A program made the translations under genes and the position numbers. Of a stretch of DNA of 64,000 nt, positions 1 through 10,775 are shown piece after piece; position 1 is the first letter of the stretch, and every line of letters begins with the position of its first letter. The stretch is from assembly GCA_030704615.1 (NCBI GenBank), contig CM060731.1, positions 4,278,001-4,342,000 on the forward strand, in the 5' to 3' direction. The stretch is from Takakia lepidozioides. Taxonomy: Eukaryota > Plantae > Bryophyta. The notes beneath the pieces were generated by a model. That model did no database searches. It worked only from the letters and a program-made list of their open reading frames with translations, and was not told where the DNA came from.

Positions 1-440
1 CGCAATAAAAAATTCTCATCTACCTGCAACCCACCAAACACAAAAGCCCCAATTATGACAATGACTCATATGACTTCCTTAAAACTAGAACAATCACTCT
101 CTCAAGAAGAGGCATTTAAAAGTGGTTTCACATTTCCATCCTTGGCAATGAATGCAGGCACACTTCTCTCATCATAACTTCAGTCTGATATGCTGTATCA
201 AAACCAAACTTATTGGTTTACTTCCCATTGACGAGACTGAAAGGCAAGTCTGGTAGTCTTGATATAAGTCTTGCATTTCTCTTCATGTATCAGTCAAATG
301 AAAATGGTTTCTCTCGTCTCCCTTTCCATAAGCCAGAAGTGATGCAGACCATAGGATAGTCCTGTGCATTTTTAAGTGGAGCAAACAAAAACCTTCATTG
401 GTGGGGGAGGGGAAACTCCACATCCTAAACATGGGGCCTA

Positions 441-677
441 TACCAACAGTCAGTAGCTCAGTTGGTTAGTGCACTGAGTGCCACCCAAATGATTCTGGGG
501 TCAAATCCTGCTACTTGACGGGTGTGGTATACTCTTCTCCCTCTTCCCTTGGGCGGTGTCCCATTTCTACGCCTCCATGGTGAGGTTACTGTGAAAGAGG
601 TTATTTTCTCCTCTAAGGGGCCTGATTTGTGAGCTGTCCCTCCCAGGTGTTTCCCTTTTCAAAAAAAAAAAAAAAAA
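441..677 (+). mobile_element. tRNA-derived SINE inserted in an intron of the RRC1/U2SURP gene
   Basis: A-box-like TAGCTCAGTTGG (454-465), B-box-like GGGTCAAATCC (498-508), poly(A) tail 661-677, 14-bp TSD AAACATGGGGCCTA at 427-440 and 675-688. Confidence 0.85.
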
Positions 678-711
678 CATGGGGCCTAAGGAAATTTGGT
701 GGTAAGGATAC

Positions 712-843
712 CTGAGGTGACAAATTGCCGACATAAAGGTTGGTAGTCTGAGGATCGCCGTCATCAAAAGATCCTGGGAGCTTGTCATCGGCATTCTCTG
801 GGAGCTCATCAAAGCGAGTCAAATTCGGGTCATCCTGCTGAGC
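712..843 (-). CDS. RRC1: U2 snRNP-associated SURP-motif protein (RRC1/SR140/U2SURP), coding exon 6, start of RRM; gene continues off the left edge
   Basis: AQQDDPNLTRFDELP...GSFDDGDPQTTNLYVGNLSPQ matches plant RRC1; canonical AG/GT ends; 132 nt, phase 0. Confidence 0.92.
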
Positions 844-1500
844 CTGCAAGAACTAGAATTTATTAAGACAAGTGGTTCTGCCACAACCAATCTTGAGAAA
901 GAGCAAGCAGCGGTTAGCAGCATTTCAGTTGAAGGGGAAGATATCACCAATGACCCCCAGAAGCACACTTCCAGTATCATAGCAACATAAACTAACCAAC
1001 AAGAGCACAACCCAGGATGCAGTGGTATTCATTGTCATGCTGTATAGATACTTAGGAAGAACTTCAAATTCTCTGTTCTGGCGTTAGCTGATTGGTAGGC
1101 CAAACACCAGAAGGCAGTGCACCCATATGTTTGCCAGCCTCACTCACCAGCATAAGCACCTTTAAAGGGTTTTGCAAGCTTCTATATTTTGGCCTGGTAA
1201 ACTGATGCCTTTTATATATGTCAATAGACTATGCATGGCAGGAGGCACACATCCACTTAATTGTAATTCACCATTGACGATACTCATGCATGAAGCCATT
1301 TGTTTTGAGAACCTTAATGTGGAAGAACATGAACTGAGGAACTTCGATGGGTTTGAACGTGCCACTTCTTTTGTCATTACATTCAGTGGTTGAAAACTCC
1401 ACACACAATCAGTCTGTGGTTCCTCAAGTGGTCAGCATAGCATAAAGAACTCTATACTTCAGTGTGCATCACTGCACTTCACCCTGTGGTAGGAATCTAC

Positions 1501-1656
1501 CGCGACAATTGCTTGTGCCCTTCTATCGTTTCGGCGATGCTCACGATCTGCATTGCGTTTCTCCCGTGCTTCTTGTTCTCGCTTTAGCTCTTCCATGAAA
1601 TGATCGATGTTACGTGACTTTCCCCGTTCTCTTTCCTTGTTTCTATCCTCATCCCT
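1501..1656 (-). CDS. RRC1: RRC1/U2SURP coding exon 5
   Basis: RDEDRNKERERGKSRNIDHFMEELKREQEAREKRN; canonical splice sites; 156 nt. Confidence 0.9.
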
Positions 1657-1795
1657 CTGGTCCCAGGCAGCACATGAGCGTGTGTCAGCATCAATTTCGA
1701 GAATCATGTGGGCAATAGCAGGTGTCATTCCATGACTTTGAACTCTAAGAGATGATACTCAGGAAAAAACATGGGAGAAGGAACCTATCACCTAC

Positions 1796-1859
1796 CCTTT
1801 TGTCAGGCTCCTTGTTAACCATTGCTGCCAACCCAGGAGGTATGAAGGAGGGCACATAT
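1796..1859 (-). CDS. RRC1: RRC1/U2SURP coding exon 4
   Basis: (R)YVPSFIPPGLAAMVNKEPDKR; splice phases agree with neighbouring exons. Confidence 0.88.
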
Positions 1860-2288
1860 CTGCGGAGCAAATCAACAATAACTCAGTAAAGGGACCGGCT
1901 TCTATCCACACACATTGCTCATTTCAGAGAGCACGCGCTGGGTCTATTCTATGTTTTTATTGTAAATCCATATTCACACAACAATATGCATGCACATGCT
2001 TGTTGATGACAGTAGTCTACATATATTCCGGCAGATCAGCAACCCTTGAAGCATTTAGTTGTAACAGGATTTTAAGTCCATCATGACTCTGCCACTTCAG
2101 TTTTGGTCTCCCTCTTTGCAAAACCATGGTACACCACATGCTGTTCTCATGCAGGTGCCCTAGTCAGTGTCTATCACAAGCATGTTGCACTATGCCCAGG
2201 TAGTGTTGTTGCACAAGAAGCGGAACATGATTTACTATGATTCATGCTTTCAAACCCTACAGCAGAAACTAGACGATTATTAACAGAC

Positions 2289-2343
2289 CTGCTCCCGGGC
2301 TTCTTTGCAGTTGCTGGAGTAGTAGCTGCTTTAGATCCAGCCC
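2289..2343 (-). CDS. RRC1: RRC1/U2SURP coding exon 3
   Basis: (G)AGSKAATTPATAKKPGS(R); 55 nt bridging phase 1 to phase 2; CAG/GT ends. Confidence 0.8.
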
Positions 2344-2521
2344 CTGACCAGGAAAAAGGATGTCCAACACAGAAAGGTATAATGATGACAACTGAAAACA
2401 TGAGGAACACTGCACTAGAATAGCCATCAAGAAGCAAATTGAGTAAATACCACTGAAATTCTCAACAAGAGACACAACTCCACGCTGATTTCAACCAAAC
2501 ACAACGCACCTCGAGGCACAC

Positions 2522-2657
2522 CTTCAGAGCTATGTTTTAAGCGATCATTGGGATTGATGGTTCCCCCACGCACAAATGCTTTGCTACCAGGAACATCATC
2601 CCCCTTAAATGATTCTACAAACTCCTCGTACAACCGAGCAGCTTCCTCATCAGCACG
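2522..2657 (-). CDS. RRC1: RRC1/U2SURP coding exon 2
   Basis: RADEEAARLYEEFVESFKGDDVPGSKAFVRGGTINPND; canonical splice sites. Confidence 0.92.
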
Positions 2658-2949
2658 CTGTCACACATCAAGCAGCATCAATAAGAGTCCACCGTCCCAC
2701 CCACTCATGCACATGACAAAATTGCAAGAATGACACCAAAATGGTGGAAGCACCCAGTCCAAAACCAGGAGATTTCAGCAACTATAATCAAAGGTTTCTG
2801 ATGAGACAAGAACCTCTGCAGCATCTTAAGGAGACACTGGAGACGGCCATGTGTCAGCCCTGCTGGGGCATGTCTGACCTAGTAGAGGACAGCATGACCG
2901 TTTACAAACAAAGGAGACATACAGATTGAAGACAAATGGCCATCAGTAC

Positions 2950-3024
2950 CTTTTTTTTCGCCTCTTCTTCTTCCCGATGTTTCTGGAAAGGTGTCTTCTT
3001 CCGGACTACTGAGAACGATGTCAT
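2950..3024 (-). CDS. RRC1: RRC1/U2SURP first coding exon (ATG at 3024)
   Basis: MTSFSVVRKKTPFQKHREEEEAKKK, the recognisable plant RRC1 N-terminus, followed by a GT donor. Confidence 0.92.
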
Positions 3025-4636
3025 CTTCTCTGTTGATCCAACCTGCCAGAAATCCCAGAACAGACTAAATGTAGAGCTGAAAGGAAGCTAATTCTGCAGC
3101 CCTAACACTAAAGAACATAATTGGACTTACCCATGCGGAATCAAGAACATAAACAACAATAGAAAAATAGAAAAAGAAAAATTCTCCTCATAGATCTGAC
3201 CTCATGAAAGGCTGTTTAGGGCACAAGCCTCTGAGTCTCATGCCATTCCTAGGCCTGAAGAAAGTTTCAAAATCACATTACACCATCTGAGGGAGTTCAA
3301 AACTATCTGAAGCTTGCCACATACATCTTCATCCCCCTATAGCAAGAACGTGACGTAGATTTCTTTTCAAGTTTTCATGGAGGGTCTGCGGCTAGTAAGG
3401 AGAGGCGAAGGTTCATGTCGGAAGTATAGGCTACCTATCCTCCCATCTGTGATCTGTATAGGCGTGAGAACAACCTTCAGGGGTTATTAGAGCAAGCCTG
3501 TCTTGGCGGAAAAACAAGTCCATATCAGACCTAGAAGCACCACGGAAAGAATTCCGGCATGCTGCAGCCCAATGTTTTCGATGCTAACCTAACAAGCGAT
3601 CCCCGCATACAACGCATGTGCAGCGTAGTTGGTAAGAGTTCATGTACAACTCGTCTATATGCACAATAGCATTCAAATAGGAACCATTACTTTTCCACTC
3701 AAGCACAAAACACCCTATCCAGTGTGCAACGACAAGAAAGACGCATGCCCAGCAAGACATTGGAAAATTAAATCTCATGAGGACATAGGGTTAGCTCTCA
3801 AATCACATTTTCGGTCTCCGCTGCTGCATCCCCACGTAGGGCCATGATCCTCGGAACAAGCTGTCGGCTTGCTTGACGCTTCCTCACCACCAGTCCTTCG
3901 ACATGACTAAAACACTATCTCAACACAGTGAGACTTGTGTCCCAATCTCAAAGCAGGTCATGTGAACGACAGCATATCCTCTAGGACTGCTGTGGAATAC
4001 AGAGCATAGGGGCGGGCAAGGAAGTCGCCGAGGGCGACGGCAGAACAGGAGTGTGAGAGAAGACAGCCTAACCAAAAATGAGCACAAACCCACACACAAA
4101 ATGGGCTCCTTAGACTCTAAGCGATCATATCCACTGTTTTATGTTTTGTGGGTTCCAAATCTTTGATCTTTCTTTCCGAGTCTACCCCAGAAGGACGAGT
4201 GTAAGAGTTTGTTTCATTGAGAAACTGGGCAGAATGACGTGCAAGACCTAACTTGACAGTGTGGGTTTTCTTTGTATTTGGCACACGCAGATGCTAATTA
4301 GTTTTCATCCATTCCAAAAAAGTTGAGAATTTTCTATCTCAACTACTCTAACGAATCAACTCGTCTCAAGTCTCAACTACTTGATAAGTCAGCAGCGTGT
4401 TTGTCATGCGCTCTTTGGATTCCAGTGACTTGAAGGTCTCCGTGTGCATTCGTAAGTAGAAGAAGAATGAAAAACCCTCGCCAACAAATCCATGAATGTG
4501 GACCCCTGGGTTTGGGAGAAGAGGGGGAAGCACAATCAATCCAACCCCGGAGAACTTTACTAAAGGAAAACCGCATAGGAGAGGAAAGGGTCCCTCAGGT
4601 GGAGAAGGGAAAAGAGGAAAGCAAATGCTCAGATCT

Positions 4637-6017
4637 TGTTTTTTGTTTTTTGTTTTTTTAAATAAAGGAAACAGGGGACAGGGCCGGGCCCTGGATGTAA
4701 CTTTATTGATAATTACTGGGAGGGAAAAAAATTAAAACCCTCAAATGCCAAGAGGCCGCCATGAGGCATGTTCACAGGGAAGGCCGTGCTAGATAATTGA
4801 GGAATAGGTAGTACGTGTAACAGGACCTGCAATGAAGACACCGTATGACGTGATTAAATCACTAAAGGGTGGCGATGGGCCAACACCCGAGAAAATATCC
4901 ATCCAGTCCTAAGGAAGCGAACTAGCAAGGGCCATGCAAAAGGAAAATTCAAACAAAGGGGATTACGGTGAAGAGGAAGGTCGGAACCCTAAGAAGAGCC
5001 GAGGACGGACCAAGGATGGGACGGAACGGGGTGGGGAGCCTAGGAGAAGCATAGCGAGGGAGGCATGTGGAGAAGGAGCGAGTAGGAATGAAAAGGGGGA
5101 GGAGTGAGGGGAGAAGGGAGACATAATCAGATAGGACAATAGAGGCAATTATCGGTGGAAGTGGAGCCGTGCTGCTGAAGAAGATTTGACATGCTTCCAA
5201 TTGACTTCCGATCTCTCAAATTCTGGGAGACCTTTGTGTCCTTCCGAGTAGGAGGGGATGCTCTCTGTCCATACACAGGTGAGATCATCAGTGCAGCGAC
5301 AAATGATCCTGAGGTTGGCCCAAGTTGCACGGAAGGTATGGATTAATGCAGGCTGACGCTTTGGTTTCCTGACTGCCTCTGTACACAATGAAGCCCGTTC
5401 TTTTTTAGCAGCTACCGTGAGATCAAAGAAGACTAGAGATAAGATAGCAGTTGCAGGGTGTTTTCATTGTTAAAGGTCCATGCACATCGTCCTTTCCAAA
5501 TGTTCCAGAGAACTGAGTATCTCAGCACCTCAAAGACAGGGCAGTTGTGGGCTTTGTCTTTCCTCGTTTGATTGTAGTAGAGGAGGATTGTCAATGAACC
5601 AAGGTTTCAGGGCTCCCAGTTCCTGTAGAATCTTTGGACCAAGGGCCAGATGGATGTTGGTGCCAGGCATTGGAGAAGACAATGCTCCAGGGATTCCAAC
5701 ACTTGGTCAGCACAGCATCCGCATAGAGTTGCTTCATTGAAATTGAGATTGAGGTACTGGCCCACCTTGAGGACTTTGCTGGCTATCAGCCATAAGAAAG
5801 CGCTAATCTTAGCCGGTTTCCTCTTTTCCCAAACTACAGTCCAGATCCTTTTCCAATTCTCCTCCCTGAAGTTTTCATGGCTCTACCTACCATCCCATTT
5901 TGTGGTAATTAAGGGGGCTGGCTCGAAGCAAGGCCCTGTAGCCCCTCCAAGCCGAGTATTAAAAAAGAGGGTGGATTTCACCACTCTGCTGGGTCTAGTT
6001 GCAAAGGTGCAATGCCG
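4637..6017 (-). mobile_element. L1-type LINE 3' end (zf-RVT region of ORF2, 3' UTR, A-rich tail), cut by the gap
   Basis: Minus frame reads WKRIWTVVWEKRKPAKISAFLWLIASKVL...CGCC...ESLEHCLLQC...LWNIWKGRC...F, with one internal stop; ORF ends at 5149; T-rich run (A tail on minus) ~4637-4659. Confidence 0.75.
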
Positions 6018-6517
6018 NNNNNNNNNNNNNNNNNNNNNNNNNNNNNNNNNNNNNNNNNNNNNNNNNNNNNNNNNNNNNNNNNNNNNNNNNNNNNNNNNNN
6101 NNNNNNNNNNNNNNNNNNNNNNNNNNNNNNNNNNNNNNNNNNNNNNNNNNNNNNNNNNNNNNNNNNNNNNNNNNNNNNNNNNNNNNNNNNNNNNNNNNNN
6201 NNNNNNNNNNNNNNNNNNNNNNNNNNNNNNNNNNNNNNNNNNNNNNNNNNNNNNNNNNNNNNNNNNNNNNNNNNNNNNNNNNNNNNNNNNNNNNNNNNNN
6301 NNNNNNNNNNNNNNNNNNNNNNNNNNNNNNNNNNNNNNNNNNNNNNNNNNNNNNNNNNNNNNNNNNNNNNNNNNNNNNNNNNNNNNNNNNNNNNNNNNNN
6401 NNNNNNNNNNNNNNNNNNNNNNNNNNNNNNNNNNNNNNNNNNNNNNNNNNNNNNNNNNNNNNNNNNNNNNNNNNNNNNNNNNNNNNNNNNNNNNNNNNNN
6501 NNNNNNNNNNNNNNNNN
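6018..6517. other. Assembly gap (500 N)
   Basis: Run of N. Confidence 1.
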
Positions 6518-9482
6518 GTAACGTTTTCTGCCTCCCAAAGTCGATGGCAATGTCATCTTCGAGTTTCCACCTGTTTCTTTGTCAAACAAAGCCTTCGGGA
6601 TGTTAACAGACATGGATCGAAAGCATGACGGACACCCCTGATGTGTGACGAAGACCAGTAGCACGAAAATTGCTGATGGTGTTCGTGTACGATATGTCCT
6701 CTATGCGGGGAAGCTGAGGTGCCTCAATCCCACCTGCTTCCACTTTCTCTCCAAAGGAGGGCGAGAGAAACGAGACGGATTGGACTGGCACAACGCATCA
6801 TCCATTCATTGTCTCCAGCCAAGCTCCTGCGGGTTCTTTCAAGTGTGCACATTGCAAAGAACCCGACGTGCATGTCCATGTGCAGAGCCCAACAATATTA
6901 CGTAATCCATTTGCTCCCGGACTTGACTAGAGCTTGCATACACGTTGGGGTCCACTGCCACCCTTGGCGAGAGGCAACATGCGTGAGGCTGTGCAGGAAG
7001 CACACAACATCATAAAAGAGGAGGTGAAATTGAGCCCGGAGCCAGACCAAAGCAGATTCAGCTGAAGGCAGCCCACAAGATTGCTCTTGGCAAAATCATG
7101 TCTGAAGATGGTTCCGACCGAGAGCCCTTGACCGAAGACGAGATGCGTGACCTCTTGGAGTCCGTCTCGCACGTTTGTAGTCCGAATGTGCGGAATCACA
7201 TCGTATCTTGCAAGCAGGAGTTCGGCAGGGGGTCGGACATGTACTCAATCCTGGAGGTGAAACGAATGACTCGATATGACTACATCCAAGGTAGCAGGTT
7301 TCCAGGGCAAGGCAGCGAATCCGATCGTTGTTACATTTTCAAAATGTCGACGTGTGGGCCTGGGAGTGGAGTCGACTTGGTCACTCGCATGACAACTGGA
7401 AACTTGTCGAATGCTTGGGTGATGTTTGATCACATCAAGCGAATTACAAACCATCAGTGGGTGACCATGGGTGCGCATGTTTATGACTATCACTCCAAGA
7501 GGCTCATGACGATTGCAATCTGCGAGATGAAAGGGGAGGACACACAGTCCGAGATGCATCTGTGGGAGGGCATAAACGAGCAGATGGCAAGGGCGGGATT
7601 GCCAGAGCCCAATTTCAGGGGATTCATGGCAGACAACGCTCAGGCCAACTGGGCAGCGGTGCGGCGTGTGTACGGTGAGGACCCCAATGTTCCAATGGAG
7701 GGGAAAGAGAGATCCTGTGGATTCCATTGGATGCAGAGTCTATCCCACTACACTACCAAATTTGTTGCTAGCTCATTCCAGGCTGAACACCGTGTCCTTT
7801 GTACGGCGTGGAAGGATGCACCCACATTTGATGACGCGGAGGTAAAGTTTGCTATCATCGAGGCTTGGTGGAAACGTCAGTGCAGTGGAGACAACCAATC
7901 TGGGAGCATTGCACAGCTGGTTGGGGTGGTGGCATTTTCGGTATCGACAGTTCGGACAGTACATGCGGGAGGTAGGCTGCTGTCATTTCGTTCATTTGTC
8001 TTTCTATTACGGACATTTCGATTGGTCCCTCACCATTGTTTGTGTCCTTCTAGGAACGGTGCTTGGATTCCGACACGGACATGCCGAACACGAATATGGC
8101 AGAATCGGTCCACTCCTCCTGGCAAGGTCTTCTGCCGCACATCTGGTGGACGTAGTGACGGCCACAACGGAGGACATCGACAGAGCAATCATGCAGCAAG
8201 CCACGTACTACAAGTTCCTGAGCGGCAAAACAATGGGGCTTTGGGCCGGACAGGGAGGAATTGTTGGTACGAACAGCTTCGAGGTCCAAGAATCCAGTGA
8301 AATGGGCGACAACATTGCGAGAGAAGATCAAAGGGACGCCTCTGCACCGCAGAGGTGAACACCTAGAGGGGGACGTCCGGACTCGCCCTGTCAGGCGGAG
8401 GATTGAAGAGGAACCCGGGTGCGAAGAGGATTCCTGGAGATCCGACAGGAACATTCGGACAGCACCTCGAGGTCCCGTCATGTTGCCGCACAATGTGTCT
8501 TCCAGCAGTGGAAGCCCAAGAAATTCCAGATCGCCGTCACCTTCAACCGGGGATTTCGTGCGAAAAATACCCACCGCTCCCTTGCCCCAGATTCCGCCCG
8601 CTGTTATGCAGTATGGCCAAGCCATTGTGGAGACGACTGTGTCTGCATCACAGTGGAGAATTGCTCGCACAAAGCCGTCGTTTCGAGGAAGGTGTTCCGC
8701 AATTCGTGTGGATACACGGCAACGTTGTTTAGAGATGATAAGGAGGAATCCAGATGGGGCTGTCCCTGCTCCTACTTTTACAGGAGATTTGTCCATGCAA
8801 AGTTTGCGGAGGCGACAACCACCCAGTTCTGGTTCTGCAGGAGGCACGACATTATGACTTGCGTGTATGGAAAGCCCAAGTACGGCATACAAACAATGCC
8901 AGAGGCTCCCCCAGTGTGGCCGGTGGAACCAGGCTGCGATCTGAGTCAGGTTGAGGCCGACGCCCTTACCGCCGCAGGATTTCGGATGGTGCAGCGCACT
9001 GACGTCCCCACAGAACCATTTCCGCTTCCACAGCCTCCACCACCGACCCCTGTGAGAGCAAGAACAATGGGACACGACAGCTCTAAGCATCCTACACACC
9101 GTTGGGAAAACCGAAGAGGCGACGACCCCCCTCAAAAGTGAACGAGACAAGGATGGGGAATGCACTTCGGATGAACTGTACAATCCAGAGCTCGACAGAA
9201 GTGCCCCCACCAGGATTCGGGCGTGTGTATCAGATGGCCACGGCGGGCAGCTGTTCGCAATGAGGTGTACACCATCACCATTTCAGAATTACCCACCTGC
9301 AATTGCACCGACTTCCAGATCATGGCGAACAGGGGGCATCATACTGCCCTTGCAAGCATTTGTACTACGTGTACCTAAAGAGACTCCGTTGTAATTCCAC
9401 AACTCATCACTTCATACATGCACCAGGGTTGAGCCCCCAGGAGGTTCACACTCTTCTGAATATGGATCCAGGGGACCAGTGA
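6518..9482 (+). pseudogene. MULE transposase A (GCM/WRKY-like Zn DBD, DDE core, SWIM), frameshifted
   Basis: DRKHDGHP, WVMFDH, FMADNAQA, RSCGFHW (CxxH), NTNMAESVH, CNCTDF...CKHLYY. Intron 7972-8053 at the same position as in copy C. Confidence 0.85.
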
Positions 9483-10333
9483 GCTTGGCTTGCGGTCCCA
9501 TACAATGGTACGCCCATCCTTTCGGATAGTAGAACTGTACTGCTGCCAGTACCTCAGACTCTGGCCATAGAAAGGTCCGACATATGTCTTGCCTACCAGT
9601 AACCTGTTTTGCTCGAACTAAGATATTACTATATCGTTCACTTGTTTCCACGTGCATGTATTTTTGTATGTTGGAGGGTTCATGTTTTTCTGCTTTCCGA
9701 AAACTTGCTTTCCTCATTCGACCTCCGACAAGGAAATGCGGCGCCGCATTTCCAAGTATCGTCGTAGGTACTGGTAGAGGCGGCCTTCGCCAACACCAAA
9801 CCGCTCCGAAATTTCGCACGTGCGAACCCTAATGCGGCACCCTATTCCCAGTTCAGTTGCAAACCTTTCCCGCCGAATACCCGAAGAAGACAGAATTGTG
9901 AAGTACTGCAGACTGTATTGGTGCAGACTCCATTGGTTCAATCGCGGCAAAAGGGTCAGCTTCATTCCAATGTTAAGGCATGTAAAACCGCGGAATACTC
10001 TATACAGGCCAGTATGCGACGTCCTTTTGCAGTGGTATACTGGATTTCCCGTTGCACGGTCACTTATTTCTATGAGCGGATCTAAAAAACCATGAGCGGA
10101 CTTGTTACTGACGACATATCTTCGCCGCATTACATGATCTGGAACGTCCAAAAACGGCAAGGTCAAATTAAAAAAAACTATTATTTTAATACTTGTTTAA
10201 TCTGCCGCATTTCCAAATTTGGAGGAGTCCGCTCATGAAATCCGCGTATCTTAGACTTCGGCTCACCGCTCATGCGGCTCATGCGGCTCATGGCTCATGG
10301 CTCATGGTTTCTGCTCATGAAATAGTAAACCTC
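6518..10333 (+). mobile_element. MULE family member A (3' part; left part lost in the gap)
   Basis: Transposase plus terminus ...GCTCATGAAATAGTAAACCTC ending at 10333, with (C)ATGAGC-type subterminal repeats. It matches the terminus at 51374. Confidence 0.8.
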
Positions 10334-10462
10334 GGAAAATAGAGAGGGGGAGGGAGGAGCAGAGGCATCAGAATTCAGTTCGTAGCTAGAGAGTAAGTAA
10401 GAAGGCATGGATGTGGGAGGGGGGGAGATAGTAGAGAGGTGGACTAACAACTGAAGCAACCC

Positions 10463-10775
10463 AAAATGCCAACATGACGCTATTGCCCTTTTACCAGGAA
10501 TCATCTTTCTCGCTACTACATTCACAGGGAAAATAACCGCAACAAGTGGATGCTGCAGCACAGGATGTCCGCTGATTTGGGACTCAAAATGCGCCTCAAT
10601 GTGCCACTCAAAATGTCATATAATGCATATGTCATTTTACCAGGCCAGTGGCTGAAGCACAGGGTGTCCAGTGATTTGGAACTGAAAATGTCACTCAGTG
10701 TGTCAGTTAAAATGTCAACATGACGCTATCGTCCTTTTACCAGATGTAGTCATCTTCATCGCTACTATTTTCACT
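10463..10775. repeat. Diverged direct repeats in the CACTA 3' region
   Basis: AAAATG(C/T)CAACATGACGCTAT..CTTTTACCAG at ~10463 and ~10709; GCACAGG.TGTCC..TGATTTGG at ~10557 and ~10657. Confidence 0.6.

Noticed and set aside
449-520. Functional tRNA gene
   Set aside because: Only A/B boxes are clear; no convincing cloverleaf; followed by body, poly(A) and TSD, so a SINE.
5650-6664. Long ORFs spanning 5650-6664
   Set aside because: Artefacts of translating through the N gap.
8050-9210. 386-aa minus-strand ORF (also 37972-38922 minus)
   Set aside because: Antisense shadows of the transposase and cargo coding strands; no recognisable motifs.
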